From an uncultured Prevotella sp. (GTDB lineage Bacteria > Bacteroidota > Bacteroidia > Bacteroidales > Bacteroidaceae), in assembly GCA_947163985.1 (NCBI GenBank), contig CAMUVE010000005.1, positions 9,760-73,759 on the forward strand: a stretch of 64,000 nt of DNA. Direction: 5' to 3'. Below are positions 10,204 to 20,530 of this stretch, piece by piece. The translations under genes were made by a program, and so were the position numbers. Below the pieces are notes generated by a model. That model saw only the letters and a program-made list of their open reading frames with translations. It was not told where the DNA came from and ran no database searches. Positions within the stretch are counted from its first letter, which is position 1, and every line of letters begins with the position of its first letter.

Positions 10204-10955
10204 AGATATCTGTAATCACCGTTACATATAATGCTGAGGAGGTACTTCTGCGCACCCTGAAGAGTGTGGAGCGGCAGAGCTTTAAGAACATAGAACATCT
10301 TATCATTGACGGAGCATCGAAGGATGGTACCTTAGCTATTGCCGAGGAGTACAAACAACGGGTGTCCTACGATGTAACTATCCTTTCGGAACCCGATAAG
10401 GGCATCTATGATGCTATGAACAAGGGACTGCACCTTGCTCAGGGTGACTATCTCGTGTTCCTCAATGCAGGTGACTGTCTGCACGCGGCAGACACGCTTG
10501 AATTAATAGAGGAGAGAGGAAAGAGTTCTTGTATCGCTGAAGTAGGCGTGATTTACGGTGATACCGATGTGGTTGACGACGAAGGGCGGTTCCTGTCGCA
10601 CCGCCATCTGTCTGCACCGGAGAGACTGTCGTGGAAGTCGTTCCGACGTGGTATGCTGGTGTGTCACCAGTCGTTCTATGTGCGTAGGGATATAGCGGCG
10701 ACAATACCATATAACCTCAACTACCGTTTCTCTGCTGATGTAGATTGGTGCATCAGGGTGATGAAGGAGGCAGAGAGTAGGGGATTCGCTATGGTGAATA
10801 CCCACGCGGTGCTTACCGACTACCTCAAGGAGGGACAGACAACGAAGAACCACCGGGCGTCGCTGAAAGAAAGATTTATCGTGATGAAGCACCACTACGG
10901 TCTCTTCACCACGATTATTATGCACCTTTGGTTCCTTCTTAGAAACCTAAAGTAA
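10200..10955 (+). CDS. Glycosyltransferase family 2
   Basis: ISVITVTYNA, IIDGASKD, SEPDKGIYDAMNKG, FLNAGD. Confidence 0.9.
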   Translation: MKISVITVTYNAEEVLLRTLKSVERQSFKNIEHLIIDGASKDGTLAIAEEYKQRVSYDVTILSEPDKGIYDAMNKGLHLAQGDYLVFLNAGDCLHAADTLELIEERGKSSCIAEVGVIYGDTDVVDDEGRFLSHRHLSAPERLSWKSFRRGMLVCHQSFYVRRDIAATIPYNLNYRFSADVDWCIRVMKEAESRGFAMVNTHAVLTDYLKEGQTTKNHRASLKERFIVMKHHYGLFTTIIMHLWFLLRNLK

Positions 10956-10967
10956 AGTCAAGTGTTT

Positions 10968-11942
10968 TTATGAGAACTTCAGTATCTGTCCCGGACGGAT
11001 GCTCTTGTTCTTGCCAATCTTGTTGATTTTGCACAGCTCCTCAACACTCATGCCGCGCTTTGTTGCTATAGAGTAGAGAGTCTCGCCCTTCTTGACCTTG
11101 TGCAGTTGGGTGTCTCTGCGGGTTACCGACTTTTTGGTGCTTACCGGTGATGCCTCTTCCTCTTCCTCAGCATCGCTGCTCTTCACACCTCTTACCTCTT
11201 CTTCGCTATATCTGTCCTGCTTACGACCTGTTGTTCTGTTAGCTATCTGTGAGTCGTGGTTATGACGGTTCTTGCGGAACATATAGTAGTCGCCGGTAAC
11301 GTCCTGATTCTTGAAGTCGAACATCAGCGCAGGGTTTAGGGCTACACCACAGAGACGAGTCTCGAAGTGGAGATGTGAACCGGTACTTCTACCCGTGTTA
11401 CCTCCCAGTCCGATAGGATCACCGGCGCGAACCTGCTCGTCCTCGCGAACCAACTGTTTCGACATGTGTCCGTAGATAGTCTCCAGACCGTTGTTATGAC
11501 GTATCACAACGAAGTTTCCGTATCCTGATGCTTCGTATCTTACTACACGTACCTTACCGTCGAAGGCAGCACGGATAGTATCGCCGATGTACACCTTGAT
11601 GTCAAGACCTTTGTGCATACGTCCCCAACGACGACCGTACTGGCTCGTGATGACACGACTTGATGTCGGCATGTGGAAACGGCGGAGGTCTATGCGGAAA
11701 GAGTCGGGGAGTGTGGTCTCACGGTGAGCATACTGGTTGCTCCACTCGTTGTATAACTGTCCTGCCGGCGACTGCGCCATCTCACGCTCTACGAGCATGT
11801 GAAGCGCTATGGTGTCAACTGTTGTTGCTCTTCTATCTACTGGGGCCTGTCGAGCCAACAAGTCCTGACCCATTGTCGGGACTGTGGCGACAGATAATAT
11901 TGAAACAAAAAAAACTTTCTTTACTTGCTTAACTAAATTCAT
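10968..11942 (-). CDS. M23 peptidase with C-terminal LysM domain
   Basis: HKGLD and HLH zinc motifs; HKVKKGETLYSIA LysM. Confidence 0.9.
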   Translation of the reverse strand: MNLVKQVKKVFFVSILSVATVPTMGQDLLARQAPVDRRATTVDTIALHMLVEREMAQSPAGQLYNEWSNQYAHRETTLPDSFRIDLRRFHMPTSSRVITSQYGRRWGRMHKGLDIKVYIGDTIRAAFDGKVRVVRYEASGYGNFVVIRHNNGLETIYGHMSKQLVREDEQVRAGDPIGLGGNTGRSTGSHLHFETRLCGVALNPALMFDFKNQDVTGDYYMFRKNRHNHDSQIANRTTGRKQDRYSEEEVRGVKSSDAEEEEEASPVSTKKSVTRRDTQLHKVKKGETLYSIATKRGMSVEELCKINKIGKNKSIRPGQILKFS

Positions 11943-12030
11943 AATATCCTGTTTGTCAGCGTTGAAAAACGCCTATTTGGTTGCAAAGATAACGCAAAAA
12001 TGCTTACGTTGTTATTTCCATTAACATTAT

Positions 12031-14130
12031 TTATGATATTGCCGCCCAGTTGATGTTTGTCTTTCTCAGTTCGCCAAGTCGTCGCCACAACATCTGGTAC
12101 TCGCTTTTCTGACACGTCGGGTCGTCGTCGATAATCTTCTGTGCCTCGTCGCGAGCCATCTGTATAAGCTGTCCGTCGCGTGCTATGTCGGCAATCTTCA
12201 GGTCGAAGGCCTCACCGCTTTGTGCCGTTCCTTCAAGGTCGCCAGGTCCTCTCAGCTTCAGGTCGGCTTCGGCAATCTGGAAGCCGTCGTTGGTGTCGCA
12301 CATTATATCTATGCGTTTCTTTGACTCCGCCGACAGTTGTGGTTTGCTGACAAGGATGCAGAACGACTGGTCGGCACCGCGTCCTACGCGTCCTCTCAGC
12401 TGGTGCAGCTGTGACAGTCCGAAACGCTGGGCGTCGAGGATTACCATCACCGATGCGTTGGGGACGTTGACACCCACCTCGATTACCGTTGTGGCGACGA
12501 GAATCTGTGTCTCTCCCTTCACGAACTTCTGCATCTCTATCTCCTTGTCGGCAGCTTTCATCTTTCCGTGAACCTTACTCAGTCGGAATTCGGGGAACGC
12601 CATTCGCAGCGCCTCAAAGCCCTCTTCAAGGTTCTTCAGGTCCATCTTCTCGCTTTCCTTTATTAGCGGGAACACGATATACACCTGTCGTCCCTCGTTA
12701 ATCTGCTGTCTTATACCCTGATACAGCGACGTCGTCTGCGAGTCGTACTTATGTATTGTGACAACGGGTTTTCGTCCTGGCGGCAGCTCGTCGATGACGC
12801 TGACGTCGAGGTCTCCGTATAGTGTCATTGCGAGGGTTCGCGGTATTGGTGTTGCCGTCATCACGAGGACGTGTGGTGGATTTTCGCTCTTGCTCCACAG
12901 CTTTGCCCTCTGTGCTACTCCGAAGCGGTGCTGTTCGTCGACGACGACAAATCCTAAGCGGCGGAATACCACAGGGTCTTCAATGATGGCGTGGGTACCT
13001 ACGAGTATCTGTACGCTGCCGTCCTGTAGTCCTTCCAGTACCGCCTGTCGCCGTTTTCCCTTCACTATTCCTGTCAGCAGCTCCACACGTACGGGCATAT
13101 CCTTCAGGAACTCCCTCAGCGTTGCAAGGTGCTGTTCGGCAAGTATTTCCGTCGGCGCCATGATACATGCCTGATAGCCGTTGTCCAGTGACAACAGCAT
13201 CGCCATCAGCGCCACCAGCGTCTTTCCCGAACCCACATCGCCCTGCAGCAGTCGGTTCATCTGTCGTCCGGACCCCATATCCTTACGAATCTCGCGGATT
13301 ACCCTTTTCTGTGCTCCCGTGAGGGGGAAGGGCAGGTATTCCGAGTAGAACTTATTAAACAGTTCTCCGACGTGCTGGAAGATATATCCTCTGTATTTCC
13401 TTCTGTGGTCGCTGGCGTAGCGCACAATATTCAGCTGTACGTAGAACAGCTCCTCGAACTTCAGTCGCTGACGTGCATGACTCATCTCGTCTGCCGTCTT
13501 CGGGAAGTGGATATGTCGGAATGCCGTATCTCTGCTTACCAGGTAGTGCGGGTTGACGATGAATGGTGGCAGCGTCTCGGGCAGCGGAGTCTTCAGTTGT
13601 GCCAACAGCGTCTTCATCAGCTTTCCTATCGCTGCCGACGTTATTCCCGCCCTCTTCATCTTCTCCGTAGTGACGTAGTAGGGCTGCATGCCCATCTCCG
13701 AGAGTCTCACCTCGTCGGCCTTCTCTATCTCCGGATGTGCTATCTGGTAGCGTTGGTTGAAGACTGTCGGTTTGCCGAAGATGATGTAGTCCGTGTGTAC
13801 CTTATAATTACTTGTAATCTGTTTGGCATACGAGAACCACACCAGGTCGATGATTCCTGTGCCGTCGGTGACGTGTGCCACAACACGTTTCTTGCGTCGT
13901 CCCGTATCGAACTCCTCGAAGCTGAGAATCCTGCCGCGAATCTGTACGAAGGGCATCTCGCCCGTCATCTCGTTGATGGTGTATATCTTAGACCTATCCA
14001 CATATTTATAAGGATAATACTGCAGGAGGTCGCCGAAGGTCTCGACGCCCAACTCCTTGCTGAGGATATCCTTACGTCGGGGACCCACCCCCGCAAGGTA
14101 TTTTATGTCCTGGTCTAAGATGCTGCTCAT
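12031..14130 (-). CDS. recG: ATP-dependent DNA helicase RecG
   Basis: LLQGDVGSGKT, DEQHRFG, TATPIPRT, QLRGRVGRG. Confidence 0.97.
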   Translation of the reverse strand: MSSILDQDIKYLAGVGPRRKDILSKELGVETFGDLLQYYPYKYVDRSKIYTINEMTGEMPFVQIRGRILSFEEFDTGRRKKRVVAHVTDGTGIIDLVWFSYAKQITSNYKVHTDYIIFGKPTVFNQRYQIAHPEIEKADEVRLSEMGMQPYYVTTEKMKRAGITSAAIGKLMKTLLAQLKTPLPETLPPFIVNPHYLVSRDTAFRHIHFPKTADEMSHARQRLKFEELFYVQLNIVRYASDHRRKYRGYIFQHVGELFNKFYSEYLPFPLTGAQKRVIREIRKDMGSGRQMNRLLQGDVGSGKTLVALMAMLLSLDNGYQACIMAPTEILAEQHLATLREFLKDMPVRVELLTGIVKGKRRQAVLEGLQDGSVQILVGTHAIIEDPVVFRRLGFVVVDEQHRFGVAQRAKLWSKSENPPHVLVMTATPIPRTLAMTLYGDLDVSVIDELPPGRKPVVTIHKYDSQTTSLYQGIRQQINEGRQVYIVFPLIKESEKMDLKNLEEGFEALRMAFPEFRLSKVHGKMKAADKEIEMQKFVKGETQILVATTVIEVGVNVPNASVMVILDAQRFGLSQLHQLRGRVGRGADQSFCILVSKPQLSAESKKRIDIMCDTNDGFQIAEADLKLRGPGDLEGTAQSGEAFDLKIADIARDGQLIQMARDEAQKIIDDDPTCQKSEYQMLWRRLGELRKTNINWAAIS

Positions 14131-14139
14131 CGGTAGTCT

Positions 14140-14688
14140 TTATACTGCCAACATCCCCTCTGCTACCTCGCGTGCTGTCTGCTCGTTGGTGAGTTGTGCC
14201 AGCAGGGTATAGCCATATTCCAGCGCAGCTCCAGGACCTTTTCCTGTTGTAATGTTGCCGTCAACGGTACACATCGCTCCTGTGGGCTGTGCACCCTCGA
14301 GGAAGTCCTCGAAGCCAGGATAGCACGTAGCACGTTTTCCGCGCAACAGTCCTAAGGTACCAAGTACCATCGGTGCAGCACATATCGCCGATACCATTCC
14401 TCCGCGCTGTGCCTGTTCTGTGAGAGCCTCTCCGAGAGCCCTGTGGTCCCTGAGGTTTGCTGCTCCAGGCATTCCTCCTGGTAACATCAGCAGGTCGGCA
14501 TCGTCGAGATTCGCCTCTTCAAAGGTAATATCGGCAAGTATCGTCACTCCGTGAGCCGACGTTACCTCTCTGCTGCCAGTAATACTCACTGTCTTGATAT
14601 CTACTCCTCCGCGACGCAGGATGTCAACGGGCGCCAGTGCCTCGATATCCTCGAAGCCGTCAGCCATAAATTGATATGCTTTTGCCAT
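14140..14688 (-). CDS. DJ-1/ThiJ/PfpI family protein
   Basis: GFEDIE, LPGGMPGA, AICAAP nucleophile elbow. Confidence 0.9.
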   Translation of the reverse strand: MAKAYQFMADGFEDIEALAPVDILRRGGVDIKTVSITGSREVTSAHGVTILADITFEEANLDDADLLMLPGGMPGAANLRDHRALGEALTEQAQRGGMVSAICAAPMVLGTLGLLRGKRATCYPGFEDFLEGAQPTGAMCTVDGNITTGKGPGAALEYGYTLLAQLTNEQTAREVAEGMLAV

Positions 14689-14766
14689 TGTTGTAGTATT
14701 GTTTTATAGTTTTTTATGCAGCAAAAGTAATGATTTTCCGCAAATTATCAAACAAAATAATGAATT

Positions 14767-14796
14767 TTCTCAGCTCTCAATTCTCAATTCTCAATT
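14767..14796. repeat. Heptamer tandem array (TTCTCAA)x~4
   Basis: TTCTCAG CTCTCAA TTCTCAA TTCTCAA TT, directly upstream of the nadK -7 box (14804-14811). Confidence 0.85.
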
Positions 14797-14815
14797 ATTT
14801 CTTTATCTTTGCAGC

Positions 14816-15691
14816 ATGAAAATGAAACGTATAGCAATATTTGGTAATACTCACCAGGAGAAAAAGTCGGCAAAGATATTCCGTCTTCTCGAGCTTTTGG
14901 CAGAGCGTGGTGCCGAGGTGATGATAGAGAAGAAGTTCTATAACTTCGTTCAGCGCATCAATCCCGAGACACCTTTGCTCCAGCAGGTTACGTCGTTCGA
15001 GGGGAATAACTTCAGTGCCGACCTCGTCATCTCTATGGGTGGCGATGGTACTCTCCTCAAGAGTGCCCACTACGTAAACAACAAGGAGATACCCATCGTC
15101 GGAATAAACATGGGACGTCTGGGTTTCCTTGCTGGTGTCAACTCCGACGAGATAGACGCTGCTCTTGAAGAACTCTTCGAAGGACGTTACACCATAGAGC
15201 GCCACTCCGTCATCAAGGTGGAGGCTGACAACCACAACTTCGAGACCTGTCCTTGTGCGCTGAACGATATTGCTGTACTGAAGCGCGACGACGCCTCGAT
15301 GATTACCATAAGTGCCGAGGTCAACGGCGAGGAACTGGTGACCTACCAGGCAGACGGACTCATCGTAAGTACCCCGACAGGCTCCACCGCCTATTCGTTG
15401 TCTAACGGCGGACCGATAATAACTCCGCAGGCAGGCATCGTGTGTCTCACCCCTGTGGCACCCCATTCGTTGAATGTTCGTCCTATAGTCCTTCGTGACG
15501 ACGCCGTCATCTCCCTCGCTGTCGAGAGTCGTTCACACAACTTCCTCATCGCCATCGACGGACGTTCGGAGCGTTGTGAGGAAGGCACCCGACTGGTAAT
15601 CCGCAAGGCACCTTATTATATTAATATAGTAAAACGTCCCGGAACGAAGTATTTCGCCACACTGCGCGAGAAAATGGGGTGGGGGATGTAG
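14816..15691 (+). CDS. nadK: NAD kinase
   Basis: GGDGT, GRLGFL, ND, DGLIVSTPTGSTAYSLS; start moved to ATG 14816, downstream of the -7 box. Confidence 0.95.
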   Translation: MKMKRIAIFGNTHQEKKSAKIFRLLELLAERGAEVMIEKKFYNFVQRINPETPLLQQVTSFEGNNFSADLVISMGGDGTLLKSAHYVNNKEIPIVGINMGRLGFLAGVNSDEIDAALEELFEGRYTIERHSVIKVEADNHNFETCPCALNDIAVLKRDDASMITISAEVNGEELVTYQADGLIVSTPTGSTAYSLSNGGPIITPQAGIVCLTPVAPHSLNVRPIVLRDDAVISLAVESRSHNFLIAIDGRSERCEEGTRLVIRKAPYYINIVKRPGTKYFATLREKMGWGM

Positions 15692-15727
15692 ATGGTTGAT
15701 GGTAGATGGTGGATGGTTGATGGTTGA
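15691..15727. repeat. Heptamer tandem array (GATGGTN)x5
   Basis: GATGGTT GATGGTA GATGGTG GATGGTT GATGGTT GA, starting at the last base of the nadK stop codon. Confidence 0.9.
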
Positions 15728-15783
15728 AGTAGGAATTTTGAAGTACATTGCGACTTTGTCGCAATAAAAAAAAGAGTTAGAGT

Positions 15784-17457
15784 TTGAAAAGCTTCTTTAA
15801 AATACCGGAATACAAGTACTCCGCGGGAGTGATAATACGTTGGCTTTGGGGCGCGTGGCACGGAAACCGTCTGCAGGCCATCCTCAATGCGTCGTTAGGA
15901 CTCCTTGGTGTCGTTGTCAGTCTTGCGCAGGTGTGGGCTGTCCAGCATGCTATCGACATTGCTGCTCATACCGTCGCTGGCGACATCTACTGGGCTGTTG
16001 CCATAATCGGAATACTTATACTCTGCGACTTCGCCATAAACATTAGCAGCGTCTGGGTGAAGAACATCCTTGGAATACGTGCTCAGAACCGCATGCAGCA
16101 GAATATGCTCGACCGCATACTGCGCTCCGAGTGGCAGGGACGCGAACAGATGCACAGCGGCGACGTCATCAACCGCCTCGAGAAGGACGTCACCAACGTT
16201 GTGAACTTCCTCACCGAGACAATACCTAACACCGTCTCCGTACTTGCCCTCTTCATCGGTGCCTTCTTCTATCTCTTCGCTATGGACGGCATGCTGGCGC
16301 TGATAATAACCTTTATGCTGCCGCTGTTCATCGTTGTCAGCAAACTCTATGTCGGCAAGATGCGTCAGCTGACACGTCTTGTGCGCGACAGCGACTCCCG
16401 TGTGCAGAGTGTGCTCCAGGAGACGATACAGAACCGTATGCTCATAAAGACTATGGAGAGCGATGCCGCTATGGTAGAGAAGTTAGGCTACACACAGAGC
16501 GAGCTGCGCCACCGTGTGGTACGTCGTACCGCCTTCTCCGTCGTCAGCAACCTCATCCTTAACTTCGGCTTCGCCTTAGGCTATCTTGTAGCCTTTCTGT
16601 GGAGCGCCCTCCGTATGTCGGCAGGCACACTGACCTTCGGCGGTATGACAGCCTTCCTGCAACTCGTAGGACGCATACAGGGTCCTGCACGTAACCTCAC
16701 CAAACTCGTCCCCTCCTTCGTCAGCGTCTTCACCGCCGCCGAACGACTCATGGAACTCGAAGAGAATCCTCTCGAGGAACAGGGAGCCCCCATCACTATG
16801 CAGTCGCCACTCGGCATCCGTCTTAACGACATCGTCTTCGCCTACCAGGATAATAAGAAGCCAAACCGTCATCACCCGACACCTATCAATCACCTTACCT
16901 TCCACTTCCCTCCGGGCACCTGTACCGCAGTGATGGGTGAGACCGGCGTTGGCAAGACAACCCTCTTCCGTCTGCTCCTCTCCCTCGTGCATCCTCAAGA
17001 GGGCAGCGCCACCATCTACAACACCTCCGCAGAACGTGAGCTGTCGCCCCGAACACGTTGTAACTTTGTCTATGTCCCTCAGGGCAACACCCTTCTCAGC
17101 GGCACCATCCGCGAAAACTTGCGTCTTGGCGATGTCACCGCCACAGAAGAGCAGATGACAGAAGCCCTTCATCGTGCCTGTGCCGAATTCGTCTTCTCGT
17201 TGCCCGAAGGTCTCGACACTCAGTGTGCAGAAAAGGGTGGTGGACTCTCTGAAGGTCAGGCACAGCGCATCGCCATAGCACGTGCCCTCCTGCGTGGAGG
17301 AAGTGTTATGCTACTTGATGAGGCTACCAGCGCTCTCGACCCCGATACCGAGCAGCAGGTGTTGAAGAATATCCTTGAGAAAAAAGACAAGACGGTGATA
17401 TTCATTACTCACCGTCCTGCTGTAGTAGATTATTGCGACCAGACCCTTATGCTTTGA
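15784..17457 (+). CDS. ABC exporter, fused permease + ATPase
   Basis: TM domain then GETGVGKT (Walker A), LSEGQ signature, LLDEATSALD. Confidence 0.92.
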   Translation: MKSFFKIPEYKYSAGVIIRWLWGAWHGNRLQAILNASLGLLGVVVSLAQVWAVQHAIDIAAHTVAGDIYWAVAIIGILILCDFAINISSVWVKNILGIRAQNRMQQNMLDRILRSEWQGREQMHSGDVINRLEKDVTNVVNFLTETIPNTVSVLALFIGAFFYLFAMDGMLALIITFMLPLFIVVSKLYVGKMRQLTRLVRDSDSRVQSVLQETIQNRMLIKTMESDAAMVEKLGYTQSELRHRVVRRTAFSVVSNLILNFGFALGYLVAFLWSALRMSAGTLTFGGMTAFLQLVGRIQGPARNLTKLVPSFVSVFTAAERLMELEENPLEEQGAPITMQSPLGIRLNDIVFAYQDNKKPNRHHPTPINHLTFHFPPGTCTAVMGETGVGKTTLFRLLLSLVHPQEGSATIYNTSAERELSPRTRCNFVYVPQGNTLLSGTIRENLRLGDVTATEEQMTEALHRACAEFVFSLPEGLDTQCAEKGGGLSEGQAQRIAIARALLRGGSVMLLDEATSALDPDTEQQVLKNILEKKDKTVIFITHRPAVVDYCDQTLML

Positions 17458-18718
17458 TTTCCTTTCCCGAACAGAAGCGGTGGGAAATCTGGCGGTCGTC
17501 ACCTAAATAAATATATCGTTCCAGTCGTTCCAACAAAGTGTAGTTGTCGTGGTTCAGGTCGCTGTCGTCAATAACTAACGCGTCGAACTCATAGCCTGGC
17601 TCGAAGCTGCCCACACGACCGAAGAAACTGCCTGCCGACTTCGTGGCTATCCAGAAGACCTCAGACAGACTGAGGAAGGGCACGTTGTGGTTCTGTTGGT
17701 AGTGCATCTTGCTTACCTGTATAGCATATACCATCATGCGGAAGATGCTCAGGTCGTGACCTCCGCTGATGTCGCTGCCCAGACCAACCTTCACACCCTC
17801 GTCGAGGAACTTGCGTATTGGTGCCATTCCCGACGCTACGTTGAAGTTCGACGTAGGACAGTGAGCCACCACGACACCTCTGCGCTTTATCAGCTCCAGC
17901 TCCTCGCCGTCGCTCCACACGCAGTGAGCCATCACCGTTGGTGTCTGTCCGAAGAGTCCGTAGCGGTCGTAGGCGTCGCCGTAGCAAGTGCTCTCGGGCT
18001 CTAGTTCCTTGACCCACGCTATCTCGTCTTTGTTCTCCGATAGGTGCGACTGTACCGGCAACTGGTATTTCGCTGCTAACTCTCCGCAGGCGCGTAACAT
18101 CTCCGGCGTACACGACGGCACGAAACGCGGTGTTATTATAGGACGCACAAGACCGTCTTCGCTGCACTCCTTGATGAGCTCTTCGTAGCCCTGCACCATA
18201 TTGTCCACCGTCTCGGTGAGTCCTTCGGGACAGTTGCGGTTCATCACCACCTTGCCCACCAGAGCTCCCATCCCCGTTTCCTTGAAGATGTTCATGAGTA
18301 GTAGTGTGCTCTCCTTGTGTATCGTGGCGAAGAGACACGCCCTCATGGTGCCGAAGCGCCACATGTCGTGAACAAATCTCCGATACATCCGCTCTGCGTA
18401 CTTCGTGTCGCAGTATTTCATCTCCTCGGGGAACGTGTAGTTCTGCAGCCAGGGAAGCAGTTCCAAGTCCATTGCTATTCCCTGATTACGATACTGCGGA
18501 GCGTGCACGTGGAGGTCGTTCATCGCCGGTATCAGCAGACGGTCTCCGTAGTCCACCACCTCGACACCTTCATGTTCTGCCGACAGGTGTTCTGTCACCT
18601 CAACGACGCGTCCGCTGTCGTCAACGACGACATACCCTCTCTCTATCACCTCGAAGTGTGTGCGTTCCTTGGTGAAGAGAATGTTCGCCCTGTATATTTT
18701 CTTTCCTGTTGTTTTCAA
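17447..18718 (-). CDS. guaD: Guanine deaminase (amidohydrolase family)
   Basis: DLHVHAPQY, ITPRFVPSC, QSHLSEN, HCPTSN, GLGSD. Confidence 0.88.
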   Translation of the reverse strand: MKTTGKKIYRANILFTKERTHFEVIERGYVVVDDSGRVVEVTEHLSAEHEGVEVVDYGDRLLIPAMNDLHVHAPQYRNQGIAMDLELLPWLQNYTFPEEMKYCDTKYAERMYRRFVHDMWRFGTMRACLFATIHKESTLLLMNIFKETGMGALVGKVVMNRNCPEGLTETVDNMVQGYEELIKECSEDGLVRPIITPRFVPSCTPEMLRACGELAAKYQLPVQSHLSENKDEIAWVKELEPESTCYGDAYDRYGLFGQTPTVMAHCVWSDGEELELIKRRGVVVAHCPTSNFNVASGMAPIRKFLDEGVKVGLGSDISGGHDLSIFRMMVYAIQVSKMHYQQNHNVPFLSLSEVFWIATKSAGSFFGRVGSFEPGYEFDALVIDDSDLNHDNYTLLERLERYIYLGDDRQISHRFCSGKEIKA

Positions 18719-18722
18719 GGTG

Positions 18723-19952
18723 TTATTTCACAATTTTCTTTCCGTTCTTAATAACTATGCCTTTGTAGTCGTCGCCAACGCGCTGTCCTGCAAGGTTATA
18801 GGTAGCACTTCGTCCTTCGTCCTTCGTAATTCGTCCCTCGTTTATCCCCGCTGCCTCCGGACGGAAGTTTATCATCTCGTAGAATGCGGCGTATGGCTTT
18901 CCTGTGCTGTGGTTGAAGAGGTTAGCGTTCCACCATTTTATATCATCGCCCTTATACTTCACGTTGTTGCCGTTATCTTCGGGGTACCACCAGAAGAGTC
19001 CCGTCACCTTCTCGTGTCTGTTGAGCATAGTGATGAGGGCTGCCGTGAAGTTCTTCTGTCCCTCTTCGTCCAGTCCGTAGCCTGTGTCTTCGCCTCCGGG
19101 AATGTGCCATTTATTATTGGTGTGTCCTGTCTCCACAATCATAATCTCCTTTGATGAGAAGTTCTGTTCGAGATAATTCAGCAGACTCTCAAGTTCTATC
19201 ACCGTTCCGTGATACTCAGGGTAGTACGACAGTCCTATGATGTCATACGGAATACTGTTATATGAAGTAAGTAGCATGCTGTAGAATGACTTCACTATAT
19301 TATAGTTATGCAGCTCCGTATGGATTACAATCTTTGCTTCGGGGCACACCTCCTTGCACGCCTTGATAGCCTCTTTAAGATAGCCTGCGAAGTTAGGCCA
19401 GCTGTTGCTGCCGTGTCCGTTGATACCACCTGTAGGCCACAACATTCCCGTTGTTATCTCGTTGCCTGGCTGTATGAAGTCAGGTGTGGCACCAGCCTCT
19501 TTCAGTGCTGTCAGACACTCCTTGGTGTATTCGTATATCTTCACCTTCAGCTCGTCTATCGTCAGTCCTTCCCACGACTTTGGCAGTCCGTGTTTTCCCG
19601 GGTCTGTCCATGTGTCCGAGTAGTGGAAGTCGAGCATGAAAGCCTGTCCGTGGTCTTTTATGCGTTTTCCAAGTTCCTTCACATAGTCCAAGGTCTGGTA
19701 GCATCCGGTAGCGTCGTGCGTCACTCCGCTGTACGGATCTACGAAGAGACGTACGCGCTCAGCGTTCCATCCGTTGTTGCCGAAGAACTGCAGCACGTCG
19801 CTCTGCTTCACTCCGCTCTTGTCCTTATAAGCTACATTATTTTGTTCATATACTGGCAGCATAGAGATGTCGCCGCCAAGATACTTTGTCTGCGCCTTAG
19901 CACCAAAAACAGCCACCGCGCACATCATTAAGGTTAGTGTTATTCTTTTCAT
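18723..19952 (-). CDS. GH53 arabinogalactan endo-1,4-beta-galactanase with short C-terminal sorting tail
   Basis: GGDIS, RVRLFVDP, DFHYSDTWTDP, QPGNE, GLSYYP, IVETG; tail YNLAGQRVGDDYKGIVIKNGKKIVK. Confidence 0.9.
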   Translation of the reverse strand: MKRITLTLMMCAVAVFGAKAQTKYLGGDISMLPVYEQNNVAYKDKSGVKQSDVLQFFGNNGWNAERVRLFVDPYSGVTHDATGCYQTLDYVKELGKRIKDHGQAFMLDFHYSDTWTDPGKHGLPKSWEGLTIDELKVKIYEYTKECLTALKEAGATPDFIQPGNEITTGMLWPTGGINGHGSNSWPNFAGYLKEAIKACKEVCPEAKIVIHTELHNYNIVKSFYSMLLTSYNSIPYDIIGLSYYPEYHGTVIELESLLNYLEQNFSSKEIMIVETGHTNNKWHIPGGEDTGYGLDEEGQKNFTAALITMLNRHEKVTGLFWWYPEDNGNNVKYKGDDIKWWNANLFNHSTGKPYAAFYEMINFRPEAAGINEGRITKDEGRSATYNLAGQRVGDDYKGIVIKNGKKIVK

Positions 19953-19997
19953 ATCGTTGATTAAGTTTTAGATTCTAAAGTGCAAAGGTAGGAGTTT

Positions 19998-20030
19998 TAA
20001 TTCATAATTCATAATTCATAATTCATAATT
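19998..20030. repeat. Heptamer tandem array (TAATTCA)x4.7
   Basis: Perfect TAATTCA x4 + TAATT between the nrdG stop and the GH53 -7 box (19983-19990). Confidence 0.9.
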
Positions 20031-20047
20031 ATTCTTAATTAGCAAGC

Positions 20048-20530
20048 CTATCCCTTAGTACTCCCTTCCTTTTGGAGGGGTTGGGGGAGGCTTATAATCC
20101 TCTGATTACTGCTCCCTCTGAACAGCAGGTCAGGGTCGCGGAGCGATTCTACGAAGGGACCGTCAACGAGGACGTCGATGAGTTCCAGCAGTTCGCGCTG
20201 CTTAGGCATCTTCAGCAGAGCCTCGTAGGTGAAGCCTGTATAGCACCATATTGTCTTGTCGGTACGCTGGCGGATGGCGCGTGCCAGTTCTGCAAATCCC
20301 TCCGCCTGGTACATTGGGTCGCCGCCGGAGAATGTGACGTCGGCATAGGGGTCAGCCTCAATAATCTTCATTATCTCGTCGGTAGTCATCTCCCTGCCGC
20401 CGTTGAAGTCCCACGACTGTGGATTGTGGCATCCCTTGCATGCGTGTGAGCACCCCGCACAATAAATGGAGGTCCGGAAACCCGGACCGTCCACTGTCGT
20501 ATCTTCTATAATGTCTAATACTCTTATCAT
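20048..20530 (-). CDS. nrdG: Anaerobic ribonucleotide reductase activating enzyme
   Basis: VDGPG, CxxxCxxC radical-SAM motif, RGSSNQR; adjacent to nrdD. Confidence 0.95.
   Translation of the reverse strand: MIRVLDIIEDTTVDGPGFRTSIYCAGCSHACKGCHNPQSWDFNGGREMTTDEIMKIIEADPYADVTFSGGDPMYQAEGFAELARAIRQRTDKTIWCYTGFTYEALLKMPKQRELLELIDVLVDGPFVESLRDPDLLFRGSSNQRIISLPQPLQKEGSTKG

Noticed and set aside
14699-14815. N-terminal extensions in the ORF track for nadK (also lysS, ADI and the second GH53)
   Set aside because: The extensions overlap -7 promoter boxes; downstream ATGs give family-typical starts
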